A DNA stretch of 64,000 bases from an uncultured Bifidobacteriaceae bacterium (GTDB lineage: Bacteria > Verrucomicrobiota > Verrucomicrobiia > Limisphaerales > JADLHS01): the NCBI GenBank assembly GCA_964458575.1, contig CAYWMD010000030.1:6973-70972 (forward strand), given 5' to 3'. Below are positions 9,146-19,322 of the stretch, piece after piece; within the stretch, counting starts at the first letter, position 1; each line of letters opens with the position of its first letter. Below the pieces are notes generated by a model that was not told the origin of the DNA, did no database searches, and was given only the letters and a program-made list of their open reading frames with translations. The position numbers were made by a program, and so were the translations under genes.

Positions 9146-10768
9146 TTACTTGAGCGCGGTTTTCCGGACATATACGTCGAAGAAGCTGCTCGAACCGATC
9201 TTTTGGTAATGGGCTTCAAAATCCTGTCGAAAGGCCGGATCAAACAAAGGACGGTTCGGGCGATAAAGATTGAGCATCGCAAAGGGCGGGTTGTTTCTGG
9301 GAATCAGCCAGACGTCAAACTTTTCGGCCCGCAACACGTCCCGGGTCGCCTGTGGTATTGGCACGCCCGCCTTTTCGAATTCCATCAACGCCACCGGCTC
9401 GATGAAGTACGGGTGTCCGTTCAGCACGAGCGGAAGAAAATGGTTCGAAACGAATTCCGTTTCATTTCCGCCGCATCCCATGACGATGCTTCGACCGGGC
9501 AGCCTGGTCATGATTGCGCTCAGGTCCGCGTTGACCGCCCGCGAGAAGGGGTTCTGGAGCCGTATCGCGCCCGCAATCTGCGTCCACTGATACGCACCCA
9601 AAATCGCCGCCGTCAGAAAGAACGCCAGTGCCAGCGGTCGCAGCCATTTGCTCTGGGACCATAAAAGGCCGCGACGCGCTTCGGGCATTGCGCTGACCAT
9701 CCCGCCGCAACCGTAAAGTACGATCGGGATGAGCGGAACGAACTGGGTCGGGTCCGAGCCAGCCTTTGACGCAAAGAGAGATTGCGCGGTCAGGCTGGCG
9801 AGGATTCCCAACAGACCGAGCCTCATGCCCGGCGACTGCGCCCGCCAGTCGCACCTCGAGAAATGCAACACCAACCAAGGGATTGCTATCGGCAGGCAAA
9901 GAAAGAGCAACCACTGAGAGCTCCAAAGAATTTCGTTCGCCCCCAGACCCACCTTCCCCGCAGCCAGCAAAATCCGCAGCCACATCCAAAAGGAAATGTT
10001 GGGCAGCAGAAACGGGATGCACGCAGTCAACATCGCCACCGCGACGGCAAGAACAGCGGGCTGCCATCCTGCCCGATGGAACAAAATCAGGAGCGGAAAA
10101 ATGAAATGGAAGGCCGCGTTGATCTTGAGGTTGACCGCCAAACCGCAGGCAATGCCGAGGCCGAGAGACGCACCGACTCCCTTGCGCGAGATGGCCGCCC
10201 ATAATGCGAACGCCACGCAGAGGCCGATCAGCGGGTCAGCCCGGGTCCAAAACGTGTTGGGCACGTTCGCCATGCAAAGCCCGCACATCAGCCCCGTCAT
10301 GATGACGAGCGGCCGGCCCTTCACACACTTGCTCAAGCACAGACCGCCCAGAGCCACCGTGCCCAACGCGGCCAAACCGGCGAGCACCTTGCAGGCGAAA
10401 AGTCCCGACGGCAGGAGCCACAGGGCCATGGCATACAAACAGTAGGTGCTCGGGCCGTAAAGCATGCTGTATCGGGGAGCGGCTTCCAGATCCTGGTAAA
10501 CCGGCTGGCCGGACAGCAGCAAGTGGGAACAACTCACGATGGCCGGCTCGGCGTGGTCAATATGGGTCGGAGATACCACGTAGTAGATCACCATGCCGAC
10601 GTAGCCCGCAATCAAGCCGATCGCAAGGGTCACCCCCGCGAATCTGACCGCACCGTTCCACTTCGCCTGGGGGTCGCCGCCCGGTCCGCCCCAAACCAGT
10701 TTCAAAAACCACGTGATCACAAACAGGACTGCGCACGTGAAGAACGGGAGATAGTTGTACCGGTTCAC
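9146..10768 (-). CDS. polytopic membrane protein, GT-C-fold glycosyltransferase-like (ArnT/PMT_2-like) with a C-terminal soluble domain
   Basis: GTG start. About 11 predicted hydrophobic helices, a first extracytoplasmic loop HIDHAEP...PVYQD, and a roughly 130-aa non-membrane C-terminus. The family call is tentative and made from topology and context. Confidence 0.5.
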   Translation of the reverse strand: MNRYNYLPFFTCAVLFVITWFLKLVWGGPGGDPQAKWNGAVRFAGVTLAIGLIAGYVGMVIYYVVSPTHIDHAEPAIVSCSHLLLSGQPVYQDLEAAPRYSMLYGPSTYCLYAMALWLLPSGLFACKVLAGLAALGTVALGGLCLSKCVKGRPLVIMTGLMCGLCMANVPNTFWTRADPLIGLCVAFALWAAISRKGVGASLGLGIACGLAVNLKINAAFHFIFPLLILFHRAGWQPAVLAVAVAMLTACIPFLLPNISFWMWLRILLAAGKVGLGANEILWSSQWLLFLCLPIAIPWLVLHFSRCDWRAQSPGMRLGLLGILASLTAQSLFASKAGSDPTQFVPLIPIVLYGCGGMVSAMPEARRGLLWSQSKWLRPLALAFFLTAAILGAYQWTQIAGAIRLQNPFSRAVNADLSAIMTRLPGRSIVMGCGGNETEFVSNHFLPLVLNGHPYFIEPVALMEFEKAGVPIPQATRDVLRAEKFDVWLIPRNNPPFAMLNLYRPNRPLFDPAFRQDFEAHYQKIGSSSFFDVYVRKTALK

Positions 10769-10857
10769 ACGGTCATTCTATGAATTCGACGAATTGGAAA
10801 AAAGTCCAGGAAATCGCCCGCCCGCTTCCCAGCGCTGAATCGCGGCCATGGTCATCA

Positions 10858-12174
10858 TCACGCTGATGATTCTGCGAGAAACTCGTCAACCTTCGCCAGC
10901 ACGTGCTCGATCATTGCCGGCTCCAAACCCGGATAAACCCCGACAAAGAACGTGTTGGTCGTGATGACATCGCTGTTCTTCAAATTGCCCGCGACGCGAT
11001 GCTGAATGTCTGCATAGGCCGGATGGCGCAGAAGATTTCCGCAAAACAGATTCCGCGTCTCGATCCGCGCCCGCTCCAGGGCGTCCACGAGCGCCGCCCG
11101 CGTGAACGGCGCGTCCGGACGCACCGTGATGACATATCCGAACCATGAAGGATCGGCTGGCGGCGGCGCCGAATGCAGAATCAGGTGTTGCTCATGCTTT
11201 TTCAATCCGGCGGCCAGCGCCTCGTGGTTGCGTTTCCGCGTCGCCACGAATTCGTCCAGTTTCTTCAACTGCGCCACCCCGACCGCCGCCTGCATGTCGG
11301 TAACTTTCAGATTGTATCCGATGTGGCTGTAAACATATTTGTGGTCATAGCCAAACGGCAGTGAACCAAACTGCTGCTCGAACCTTTTCCCACAGGTGTT
11401 GCTCCGGCCCGGCGCACAGTAGCAATCACGTCCCCAGTCCCGAAAACTGCCCGCGATCGTCGCCAGGTCTTCATGATGGGTCACCACCGCCCCGCCTTCG
11501 CCCATCGTAATGTGGTGCGCGGGGTAAAAACTGAATGTGGCCAGGTCGCCAAAAGTGCCCGTGAGTTGTCCGGCGTAACGCGAGCCCAGCGCATCGCAAT
11601 TGTCCTCGATCAACCACAACTGGTGCCGGTCGCAGAGTTCCCGCAACTCGCGCACGGCGTACGGCACCCCCATCGTGTGCGCCGCCATGACGGCTTTGGT
11701 TTTTGGGCCGATGGCGGCTTCAATGCGATCCAAAGCGGGCACATACGTCCCCAGTTCCACGTCCACAAACACCGGCACGGCGCGGTTCTGGATGATCGGA
11801 TTGACGGTCGTTGGAAAACCAGCCGCCACCGTGATGACTTCGTCACCCGGTCTCACCGCGCGATCCTTGAGCCGCGGCGACGTCAGGCTTGAGAACGCCA
11901 CGAGATTGGCGGACGAACCGGAATTGACCAACAGCGCATGGCGAACCCCGAGGTGCCGGGCGAGGCCGGACTCAAATTCGTTCGCGTAACGCCCGGCGGT
12001 CAGCCAGAAGTCCAACGACGAATCCACCAGATTCACCAGCTCCTTTTCATCAAAGAAACGGCCGGCATAACGAACCCAATCCTGTCCGGGCCGGAACGGC
12101 GGCTTCGGCCCGGCAAAGTGGTATTGGCGGACGAGGTCGAGGATTTGTTGCCGCAGCGGGTCGCGGTGGTTCAT
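10858..12174 (-). CDS. rfbH: CDP-4-keto-6-deoxy-D-glucose 3-dehydrase (E1, RfbH/DdhC; DegT-family PMP enzyme)
   Basis: ORF 10858..12246. The ATG at 12174 overlaps the upstream stop as ATGA (12171-12174). RYAGRFFDEKELVNLVDSSLDFWLTAGRY and LVNSGSSANL match RfbH as I remember it. Confidence 0.85.
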   Translation of the reverse strand: MNHRDPLRQQILDLVRQYHFAGPKPPFRPGQDWVRYAGRFFDEKELVNLVDSSLDFWLTAGRYANEFESGLARHLGVRHALLVNSGSSANLVAFSSLTSPRLKDRAVRPGDEVITVAAGFPTTVNPIIQNRAVPVFVDVELGTYVPALDRIEAAIGPKTKAVMAAHTMGVPYAVRELRELCDRHQLWLIEDNCDALGSRYAGQLTGTFGDLATFSFYPAHHITMGEGGAVVTHHEDLATIAGSFRDWGRDCYCAPGRSNTCGKRFEQQFGSLPFGYDHKYVYSHIGYNLKVTDMQAAVGVAQLKKLDEFVATRKRNHEALAAGLKKHEQHLILHSAPPPADPSWFGYVITVRPDAPFTRAALVDALERARIETRNLFCGNLLRHPAYADIQHRVAGNLKNSDVITTNTFFVGVYPGLEPAMIEHVLAKVDEFLAESSA

Positions 12175-13205
12175 ACGGCGATCGCCTTTTCCGTCCAGGC
12201 CAACATCAGTTTCAAGCCCGCGCGCTTCCCCTGGCGGGGCGACCATTTCAGCAGGCGCTTGGCTTTGCCGATGTCGGCCACAAAAAACCTCTGGTCGCTG
12301 TGACGCCAGGGCAGCCGGCGATACTGGAGCTTCACGCCGAGAAATTCTTCGAGCAATTCAAACAACTCGAGCAACGAACAACTGTTGCTCATCCCGCCAC
12401 CAAGGTTGAACACCTCGCCGCGGACCTGGCCGATGCGCGCGGCGGCCGCCAGATACGCATCCACCGCATCGTCCACGAACAGCAGGTCGCGCACTTGTTT
12501 GCCATCGCCCGAAATCGTAAAACGCGCGCGGCGGGGATTTCTTTGCACCGCCAGCGCTTGCTGGCAAAACCACCCCACCCAGCCCTGATCGAACGTCGCA
12601 AACTGCCGGCCGCCAAAAATCGTCGAGTGCCGGAAGACCACCGTGTTCAACCCGAAGGCACGAGCGTAATCCTGCATGTATTGGTCAGCCGCGCCCTTGG
12701 AGCAACCGTAGGGCGTCTGGAAATCCAGCGGCGCGGACTCATCAATGCCATTCGGAAAACCCGGCGCACGGTAGCGCAACGATCCGGCCACCAGACGCAC
12801 GCCCCGCAACGCGCCATATACCTTGTTGCTCGACGCGTAAACGATGGCCGCGCCGAGTTTCTGCTGACGAACAGCCTCCAGGAGATTCAGCGTGCCGACC
12901 GCGTTGGTTTCAAAATCGAGCCGTGGGTTTGCCATTGATGTCGTCATGGCCACCTGCCCGGCCAGATGGAAGATCGCCGCGGGTCGCGCCTGGCGGACGA
13001 CTGCAGCCACGCGGCCCGCATCGCGAATGTCCGCGCGCACAAAATTCGCCAGCCCGCCCGACCGCAACCAGCGCAGATTTTCCTCCGATCCCTGCCGGGA
13101 AAGATTGTCGAAGACGGTCACGCGCCATCCGTCGCGCAGCAACCGCGCGGTGACGTTAGAACCCACAAACCCGCATCCACCCGTGACCAGGGCTGTCTTT
13201 TTCAT
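12171..13205 (-). CDS. rfbE: CDP-paratose 2-epimerase-like extended SDR
   Basis: The ATG at 13205 (MKKTALVTGGCGFVGSN) overlaps the upstream stop as ATGA. VFDNLSRQGSEENLRWL, HLAGQVAMTTS, PYGCSKGAADQYM and FATFDQGWVGWFCQ closely match my recollection of Salmonella RfbE (tyvelose epimerase). Confidence 0.75.
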   Translation of the reverse strand: MKKTALVTGGCGFVGSNVTARLLRDGWRVTVFDNLSRQGSEENLRWLRSGGLANFVRADIRDAGRVAAVVRQARPAAIFHLAGQVAMTTSMANPRLDFETNAVGTLNLLEAVRQQKLGAAIVYASSNKVYGALRGVRLVAGSLRYRAPGFPNGIDESAPLDFQTPYGCSKGAADQYMQDYARAFGLNTVVFRHSTIFGGRQFATFDQGWVGWFCQQALAVQRNPRRARFTISGDGKQVRDLLFVDDAVDAYLAAAARIGQVRGEVFNLGGGMSNSCSLLELFELLEEFLGVKLQYRRLPWRHSDQRFFVADIGKAKRLLKWSPRQGKRAGLKLMLAWTEKAIAV

Positions 13206-13948
13206 GTTCGCTCGACGCGTTCCCGCTTGGCTTCCCACTTCAATTTCACGAGTCGCAGCAAAGTTACAACATAACCCATGGCGAAAAGCAATAGATTGCG
13301 CTTGGTCCGGCCCGCCTTCCGTTTCTCAAACAAGCACGGGACTTCCCTGAGGCGGTAACCTTTGCGACTGAACACCAGCTTCACCAGAATTTCCTCCACG
13401 ATGTCGAAATGGTCGCACCGCAGCCGGAGGCGACGCAGGTCGTCCCCCCGGTAAAGCCGGAAACTGTTCGACACGTCGAGGCAGTTCAGGCGCAGGACGA
13501 TTCGAAAGGCCACGTTCACAACCTGGCTTAGAAAAATGAGGATCGCGGGATTTTCCGTTCTTCCCCCGGCCACGTAACGCGATGCGATGACCAGGTCGGC
13601 CTCGGCACGATGCCGCCAAAGCTCGGCGACGAACCCCGGATTGTGCGAACCGTCCGCGTCCATCAACACGACCTGATTGCCGCGTACTTCTTCGAGGATC
13701 GTGCGCATGGCATGACCATACAGGTTGCCGCCGCGCCGTGATACGTAACGGGTCGCGTGCCGCGCGCACACCTCCGGAGTGGCATCGCGCGGGGTTTCAG
13801 TGTCCACCACGACGATCTCATACTCGGGAGTCAAGGCCCGGGCCACCTGGTGCAATTGCGGCAACAGCACCGCCAGATTGTCCGCTTCCTCGTAGGCGGG
13901 CAATGCGATGCTTAATTCCGGTGTTGGCGTGCTTGACTTCACAAGCAT
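13202..13948 (-). CDS. GT2 glycosyltransferase, polyprenyl-phosphate sugar synthase-like (DPM1/GtrB/CsbB/ArnC type) with a C-terminal membrane anchor
   Basis: ATG verified at 13948. GT-A motifs LSIALPAYEEADNL, VVVDTE and LMDADGSHNP. The hydrophobic C-terminal segment is LLLFAMGYVVTLLRLV. Confidence 0.8.
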   Translation of the reverse strand: MLVKSSTPTPELSIALPAYEEADNLAVLLPQLHQVARALTPEYEIVVVDTETPRDATPEVCARHATRYVSRRGGNLYGHAMRTILEEVRGNQVVLMDADGSHNPGFVAELWRHRAEADLVIASRYVAGGRTENPAILIFLSQVVNVAFRIVLRLNCLDVSNSFRLYRGDDLRRLRLRCDHFDIVEEILVKLVFSRKGYRLREVPCLFEKRKAGRTKRNLLLFAMGYVVTLLRLVKLKWEAKRERVERT

Positions 13949-14931
13949 TTGACAGGCTCCTTGAGTTTGAGGGACGGAAACGATTCCCGAGCCAGTTGCC
14001 AGAGCGCATGGGCAAAATTCGTTTCGGCCTGCCAGCCCAGTTGGGTCCGGGCGCGCGCGGCGTCGGCCACCAGATATTTCGGCTCGAACGGCGAATAATC
14101 CCGCGCGCCAAAATCCAGGCGAACGTCCAATCCCAGTTCCGCCACGACGCGTTCCACCAACTGGCGCAACGTCGCGGTGTCGCCTCGGCCCAGATTGAAC
14201 ACCTCCGGTCCCGCGGATGAATCTTTGCGCAGCGCCGCCAGAACCACCCCCCGGGCAATATCAGCCACCGCACAGTGGTCGCGGCGCTGGTCCCCCGGCG
14301 ACAGGGCCAGCCGTTGACCTTCCGCCGCCGCGCGCAGCAGCAAGGGAAACAAGCGCGTCCCCGTGTCGCCCGGACCGGAAAAGGAGAACGGTCGCACAAT
14401 CGTCAGGGGCACGCCCCATTCCAACGACGCCGCCCGCAACAAAGTCTCGGCCGCGGCCTTGGCGGCCGCGTAGGGATGTCGCGCGTCCAGCGGATCTTCC
14501 TCGCGCAAAGCCCGGCATTGATCCGCATACACCAGGCCTGTGCTCACAAAAACAAACCGGCAGCCGGCGTGTTGGGCAACCAGCTCGCACAGGCGCACGC
14601 CCAATTCCACGTTGGTCCGGACCAATTCCTCCCAACCGGGTCGCGGCGTCTGCATGCCCGTGGCCGCGGCATGCACGAATACCGTAGGCCGAAAAGCCTG
14701 GAGCAACCGGTGGATTGAAGGGGTATCGAACAAATCTGCGATTTCGTAGCGCACACCGGAACCCGACACGGGCAAACGATGTTGACGGCGAAGCAGAGCC
14801 AGGGCGTTCATATCGGGCATGGCCGCCAGTTCCGCCAGCACCGCTTGTCCCAGCATGCCCGCGGCGCCCGTCAAAACGACCCGGTGTTGTTCAGCGGAAA
14901 CGCCCATGCTGCGGGTCAGGCGGTTGCCCAT
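13939..14931 (-). CDS. NAD(P)-dependent extended SDR, candidate CDP-4-keto-3,6-dideoxyhexose reductase (RfbS/RfbJ-like)
   Basis: VVLTGAAGMLG Rossmann motif and catalytic YAAAK. Two verified ATGs exist: 14931 (16-nt overlap with rfbG) and 14907. The specific substrate is inferred from context only. Confidence 0.7.
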   Translation of the reverse strand: MGNRLTRSMGVSAEQHRVVLTGAAGMLGQAVLAELAAMPDMNALALLRRQHRLPVSGSGVRYEIADLFDTPSIHRLLQAFRPTVFVHAAATGMQTPRPGWEELVRTNVELGVRLCELVAQHAGCRFVFVSTGLVYADQCRALREEDPLDARHPYAAAKAAAETLLRAASLEWGVPLTIVRPFSFSGPGDTGTRLFPLLLRAAAEGQRLALSPGDQRRDHCAVADIARGVVLAALRKDSSAGPEVFNLGRGDTATLRQLVERVVAELGLDVRLDFGARDYSPFEPKYLVADAARARTQLGWQAETNFAHALWQLARESFPSLKLKEPVKCL

Positions 14932-16064
14932 CGCAAACCGCGACGGCGCGCACTCTCCGTGTAGCTTTCAATCTGCTCCCGGGTCAAACGCTGGAGTTCG
15001 GCCCTGGAAGCAGCCTGGTCCGCGGCGCGATACCAGCGCATCGTCTCGCGCGCGGCGTCCGCAAAACTCCACACCGACAACCAATCGAGCAGCCTGGCGG
15101 TTTTGGCCGTGTCGAGTTGCAGCAAACCGGCTTCATGGACGGCCTTGGCCTCGCGATGTACGACACATCGTCCGGGCCAGTGTTTTAAAATTTCCAGGAC
15201 CAGTCGTTGCACGGTCTGTTTCGCGTCGGGTCCCGGACCAAAATTGAACGCCGAGCAAAGCGGGTCGGCCGGCCGGCGTCGCCCGGCCAGTTGCGCACCC
15301 AGCCACAAATAACCGCTCAACGGTTCCAAGACGTGCTGCCAGGGCCGGATCGCACGCGGGTTGCGCACAACAGCAGGACGATTTCGCTGCAACGCCCGCA
15401 CACAATCGGGAATGATCCGGTCGTCTGCCCAGTCGCCGCCGCCAATGACATTTCCCGCCCGGGCGCTGGCAATCCGAAAGGAATGCTCGTGGAGGTAGGA
15501 ACGCCGCCACGCCGCGATGGCAATTTCGGCGGCGGCCTTGCTGGAACTGTAGGGGTCGTGGCCGCCCAACGGGTCCGCTTCGGCATAGCCATGGTCCTGC
15601 TCGCGGTTCTCATAGCATTTGTCTGAAGTAACACACACGACGGCGCAGGGTTTGGGAAGTCGCCGGACCGCCTCCAGCAAATGGATCGTCCCCAGCACGT
15701 TGGTGTTCCAGGTCTCCACCGGGCTGCGATACGACTCGCGCACCAGCGGTTGCGCAGCGAGATGAAAAATGAAATCCGGCCTGGCCCGGGCCACGACCGC
15801 CGCCAGCGCCTTTGCATCACGAATGTCGCCAAGCCGGTGCGTGACGCGATGCGCGAGATCCAGTTGATCGAACAGTGCCGGCCGGGTCGGTGGCGGCAGG
15901 CTGAAGCCGGTCACCCGCGCCCCCAGGGCCAGCAACCATTCACACAGCCATGAGCCCTTAAAGCCCGTGTGGCCGGTTAGAAAAACCTGCTTGCCCGCGT
16001 AGCTGCCGCCGAACGGCGTGCGTCCGGCGTGACGGTTCGTTGTTATTTTTTCTTTCAACGACAT
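14916..16064 (-). CDS. rfbG: CDP-glucose 4,6-dehydratase
   Basis: ATG verified at 16064. GKQVFLTGHTGFKGSWLCEWLLALGARVTGFSL is the classic RfbG N-terminus; YSSSK is the catalytic motif. Confidence 0.9.
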   Translation of the reverse strand: MSLKEKITTNRHAGRTPFGGSYAGKQVFLTGHTGFKGSWLCEWLLALGARVTGFSLPPPTRPALFDQLDLAHRVTHRLGDIRDAKALAAVVARARPDFIFHLAAQPLVRESYRSPVETWNTNVLGTIHLLEAVRRLPKPCAVVCVTSDKCYENREQDHGYAEADPLGGHDPYSSSKAAAEIAIAAWRRSYLHEHSFRIASARAGNVIGGGDWADDRIIPDCVRALQRNRPAVVRNPRAIRPWQHVLEPLSGYLWLGAQLAGRRRPADPLCSAFNFGPGPDAKQTVQRLVLEILKHWPGRCVVHREAKAVHEAGLLQLDTAKTARLLDWLSVWSFADAARETMRWYRAADQAASRAELQRLTREQIESYTESARRRGLRWATA

Positions 16065-16077
16065 GAGCCAATGCGAG

Positions 16078-16860
16078 TTACCAGACTTTCCAAGGCGCCT
16101 TGTTCTCGTTCCACAGCTTGTTCAGGTAGAGAAAGTCCTGGTAGGTGTCCATGGGCTGCCAGAAACCTTCGTGGCGATAGGAGTGCAACTGCGCGGCGCG
16201 GACCAGTTTGCTGATCGGCTCGCGCTCGAACATGACGTTGTCAGCGTCCGGCAGATACTCGAACAAGCGATGTTCGCAAACCATGAAGCCGCCGTTGACA
16301 TACGCGCTTTCCATCGCCGGCTTTTCATCGAACTCATGAATCGTCCCCTGGGGCTCAATCACCAGCGCACCAAAACGGCCGGACGGATGCACGGCGGAAA
16401 TCGTGCAGACCTTCTTCCCCCGCTGGTGTTCCTTGATCGAAGCCGTGATATCAATGTTTGCCAGTCCGTCGCCATACGTGCAAAGAAAGGGTTCGGCCTC
16501 GGGCACGTAGCGTTGCACCAGTTTCAACCGGCGACCCGTCATGGAATCCATTCCCGTGTCGGCCAGCGTCACAACCCAGTCCTCCTCCGAGTGCCGATCG
16601 TGAAATTTCATTTTTGGTTCACGTCCGAGGGTCAGGGAAACATCGCACGTCTGCCAAAGGTAGTTGCGGAAATAATCCTTGATCATTTCACCCTTGTAAC
16701 CCAGGCACAGAATGAACTCCTTGTGCCCATAATGGGCGTAATACTTCATGATGTGCCAAAGGATCGGCCGGTCACCGATCGGCACCATCGGCTTCGGTCG
16801 AAACTCGGTTTCTTCCCGCAAACGCGTTCCCCGGCCGCCGCACAGTATGACCACTTTCAT
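16078..16860 (-). CDS. rfbF: glucose-1-phosphate cytidylyltransferase
   Basis: ORF 16078..17172. The ATG verified at 16860 gives MKVVILCGGRGTRLREETEFRPKPMVPIGDRPILWHIMKYY. At 260 aa it has the typical RfbF length. Confidence 0.9.
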   Translation of the reverse strand: MKVVILCGGRGTRLREETEFRPKPMVPIGDRPILWHIMKYYAHYGHKEFILCLGYKGEMIKDYFRNYLWQTCDVSLTLGREPKMKFHDRHSEEDWVVTLADTGMDSMTGRRLKLVQRYVPEAEPFLCTYGDGLANIDITASIKEHQRGKKVCTISAVHPSGRFGALVIEPQGTIHEFDEKPAMESAYVNGGFMVCEHRLFEYLPDADNVMFEREPISKLVRAAQLHSYRHEGFWQPMDTYQDFLYLNKLWNENKAPWKVW

Positions 16861-16937
16861 AAAGGTGTTCGCGACCCGCTGCGGGTCTGGCTTTCGTCGG
16901 GCCAGGCTTCCAAGCCGTCGCCCTTCGTCGGTCCGCA

Positions 16938-19322
16938 TCAGACTACTTTCCGGACGCTTTGAAACCAAGGCCGGATTGCCACCATGAGAAATCCCAGGAA
17001 ACCCAGCCAGGCGGCCAGAGAAACCCATTTGCCCGCGACAAATCCCGCCGGCATGTATTCGACCCGGAGCCGGTGTCTGCCCGCGGCCAGCGGAATCGCA
17101 CGCAGACCATAGTTGGCCGGCATGACGCGATATTCCGTTTGCGCCGCGCCCGGCAATCCCCGGGCCCGCCAACCGCGACTGTAACCGTCCGTGATCAACA
17201 GGATCGCCGGCGAAGGCAGGCTCGCCTCGATGGTCAGATGATCAGTGGATGAATCCACCACTCGCGCCGTCCCCTGCCCGGACGTGGACGCGGGCGCCGG
17301 CTCGGGTTTGCTTTCGAGAACCACTTCTTCGCGAGGATTGAATGACGCCTGATCCATGGCGCGGAAAATGTCATTGCGGTTGGTCAGAACCCGGAAGCGT
17401 TGCACCAATTGCAAATGCGGCAGCGGATCGGGCGCGTCCATCTGCCGCACCTCGCCGTTCTGGCCCGGGATGAAAACCTCGCGGCAACGCAGCATCGCAT
17501 ACCAGCGGTGACCACGCCGAAACGGGATATACTGCGTCGCTTCGTCCGGGTTCAAGCCCTGGGTAAACGCCATGAACTGCGCGTAACGCAACGGCACGCC
17601 GGGATCGTAACCCCACATATCCAGCGCTCCGGTGCTCATCGCGCTGTTCGGATTGATCAGGTTCATGATGCGATAGTCGCCGGGATGCTCAGCCAGAAAG
17701 TTCTTTACCGCTGGCGAGTCCACGGAGTTCAAATCAAATGTGTCGAGCGACCCGCGCGCGAAAACAAACAGTTCGAGCACCGCCAACCCCACCAATCCCG
17801 GCGCAAGCCAAGGCGAACCGCGACCCGCATACAGCAGGAACGCGGTCAACAGAAACGTCCCCGCCGCGACGAACACGGTGTCGGACGCATGGCGGCCGGC
17901 CTGCAACTGAAAAACCGCATCCTCGTACGCTTTTGGTGACAAATAGCTTTCCGGTCCGGCGAACCGGGCGATGGTTCGCTTCCACGTCGAGTCCGGCCGG
18001 CTATCGGCGGCAGAGGTGCGCACCCACAATCCAACGAGGACGAGACTCACGCCCACCACCAGGGGCAGCGCCATCAACCATCGCGGAACTTGACGCGCGC
18101 TCAACAACCGGTCCAGGCCGATGCCTGCAAGCAACGCTAGAAAGAGCGACAAGAGAAAAATAAACTTGGAGCTGCCGCGGAATTTGTCGAAACCCGGAAC
18201 GACGTTGTAAAGCACTTTGAACAAAGGAGTGTGCGCCCCGAGCGCCAGCACGAACAAAATCGCCGCCATGGTAATCGAGAATCTTCGTGTCTTACGATCC
18301 CCCGTGACCGCGCCGAAAATCGCCAACGCCAATCCTGTGATGCTCACAAACAGGGACATCTCCCACAAATAGCAACGCCCCCAATACGGCACGCCCGTCA
18401 AACCGCCAAATACGGTCGGCGTCACCAACGTGAGCAGATTCTCGGGCGGGAAAGAAAACATCGCCGCGAACTGAAACGACGTGCCAAGGCTGCGCACGCT
18501 TTCTCGCGCTTCAGTTATTCCGGTGAGCAGTTGCACCGCGCTCAGAGCGGCACCGCCGCCATACATCGCCGCCAGACCGGCGACGATTTTGAGCCGATGA
18601 TCCGCCTTGAGCAGGCACAGTCCCGAATAAATTGCCGCGGCCACGGCGGTGTAAAAAACATATTGCGGATGTCCCGCCAACACCTGCATGGCCACGGCAA
18701 ACATTCCCGCCAGACAAGACCCAACCGATGGTTTTGCAAACAACCGGTCAATCGCCAGGAACAACAGCGGCGCCCAAACCATCGTGCACAAATTCGGCAG
18801 GTGACCGGCAAAAATGTGCGGAAAGTGCGCGCCACAGAACATGAAGATCGCCCCGGACAAAAAGGCCGCGAGCGGACGCAAACCCCGGTTGGCCGCCCAG
18901 CCATAGGTGAACGCCCCCGCCAGAAAAACATGTAGCGCGATGCTGAAGTTGACGGCCTTCGCCAACGGCAGAACCAGAAACAGGACGTTCGGCGGATACA
19001 GCAACGCGGATTGGAAACCGCCGAAAAAAGGCGCGCCCGAAAACAGGTGAGGATTCCACAAAGCCAGGTTGCCCCGCCGAAGTTCGTCGAACCCAAAGGT
19101 CCGCCAATGAACAAATTGCTGGCTCAGGTCCGTATCACGGTTGGAAAGAACGACTGGCTGCGTCGTAAACAGCACGTCCGCGAACATGGCCAGCGTCAGC
19201 GCCGCCAGTCCCAGAAGCGCCATCCGGTGCTTCGCAAGGAGGAAGTTGCACTGCCCGTCTTCGGGTCCGGCCATTTCGCTTTTTGCCATCACCACACAAA
19301 CTGAATTTAAGCCTTCAGGCAT
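16938..19322 (-). CDS. YfhO-family (GT-C) integral membrane glycosyltransferase-like protein
   Basis: Many TM helices. The N-terminal region FVHWRTFGFDELRRGNLALWNPHLFSGAPFFGGFQSALLYPPN is YfhO-like. The start is uncertain: ATGs were verified at 19352, 19322 (8-nt overlap with the GT9 stop) and 19289, and the track start 19373 is TTG. Confidence 0.7.
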   Translation of the reverse strand: MPEGLNSVCVVMAKSEMAGPEDGQCNFLLAKHRMALLGLAALTLAMFADVLFTTQPVVLSNRDTDLSQQFVHWRTFGFDELRRGNLALWNPHLFSGAPFFGGFQSALLYPPNVLFLVLPLAKAVNFSIALHVFLAGAFTYGWAANRGLRPLAAFLSGAIFMFCGAHFPHIFAGHLPNLCTMVWAPLLFLAIDRLFAKPSVGSCLAGMFAVAMQVLAGHPQYVFYTAVAAAIYSGLCLLKADHRLKIVAGLAAMYGGGAALSAVQLLTGITEARESVRSLGTSFQFAAMFSFPPENLLTLVTPTVFGGLTGVPYWGRCYLWEMSLFVSITGLALAIFGAVTGDRKTRRFSITMAAILFVLALGAHTPLFKVLYNVVPGFDKFRGSSKFIFLLSLFLALLAGIGLDRLLSARQVPRWLMALPLVVGVSLVLVGLWVRTSAADSRPDSTWKRTIARFAGPESYLSPKAYEDAVFQLQAGRHASDTVFVAAGTFLLTAFLLYAGRGSPWLAPGLVGLAVLELFVFARGSLDTFDLNSVDSPAVKNFLAEHPGDYRIMNLINPNSAMSTGALDMWGYDPGVPLRYAQFMAFTQGLNPDEATQYIPFRRGHRWYAMLRCREVFIPGQNGEVRQMDAPDPLPHLQLVQRFRVLTNRNDIFRAMDQASFNPREEVVLESKPEPAPASTSGQGTARVVDSSTDHLTIEASLPSPAILLITDGYSRGWRARGLPGAAQTEYRVMPANYGLRAIPLAAGRHRLRVEYMPAGFVAGKWVSLAAWLGFLGFLMVAIRPWFQSVRKVV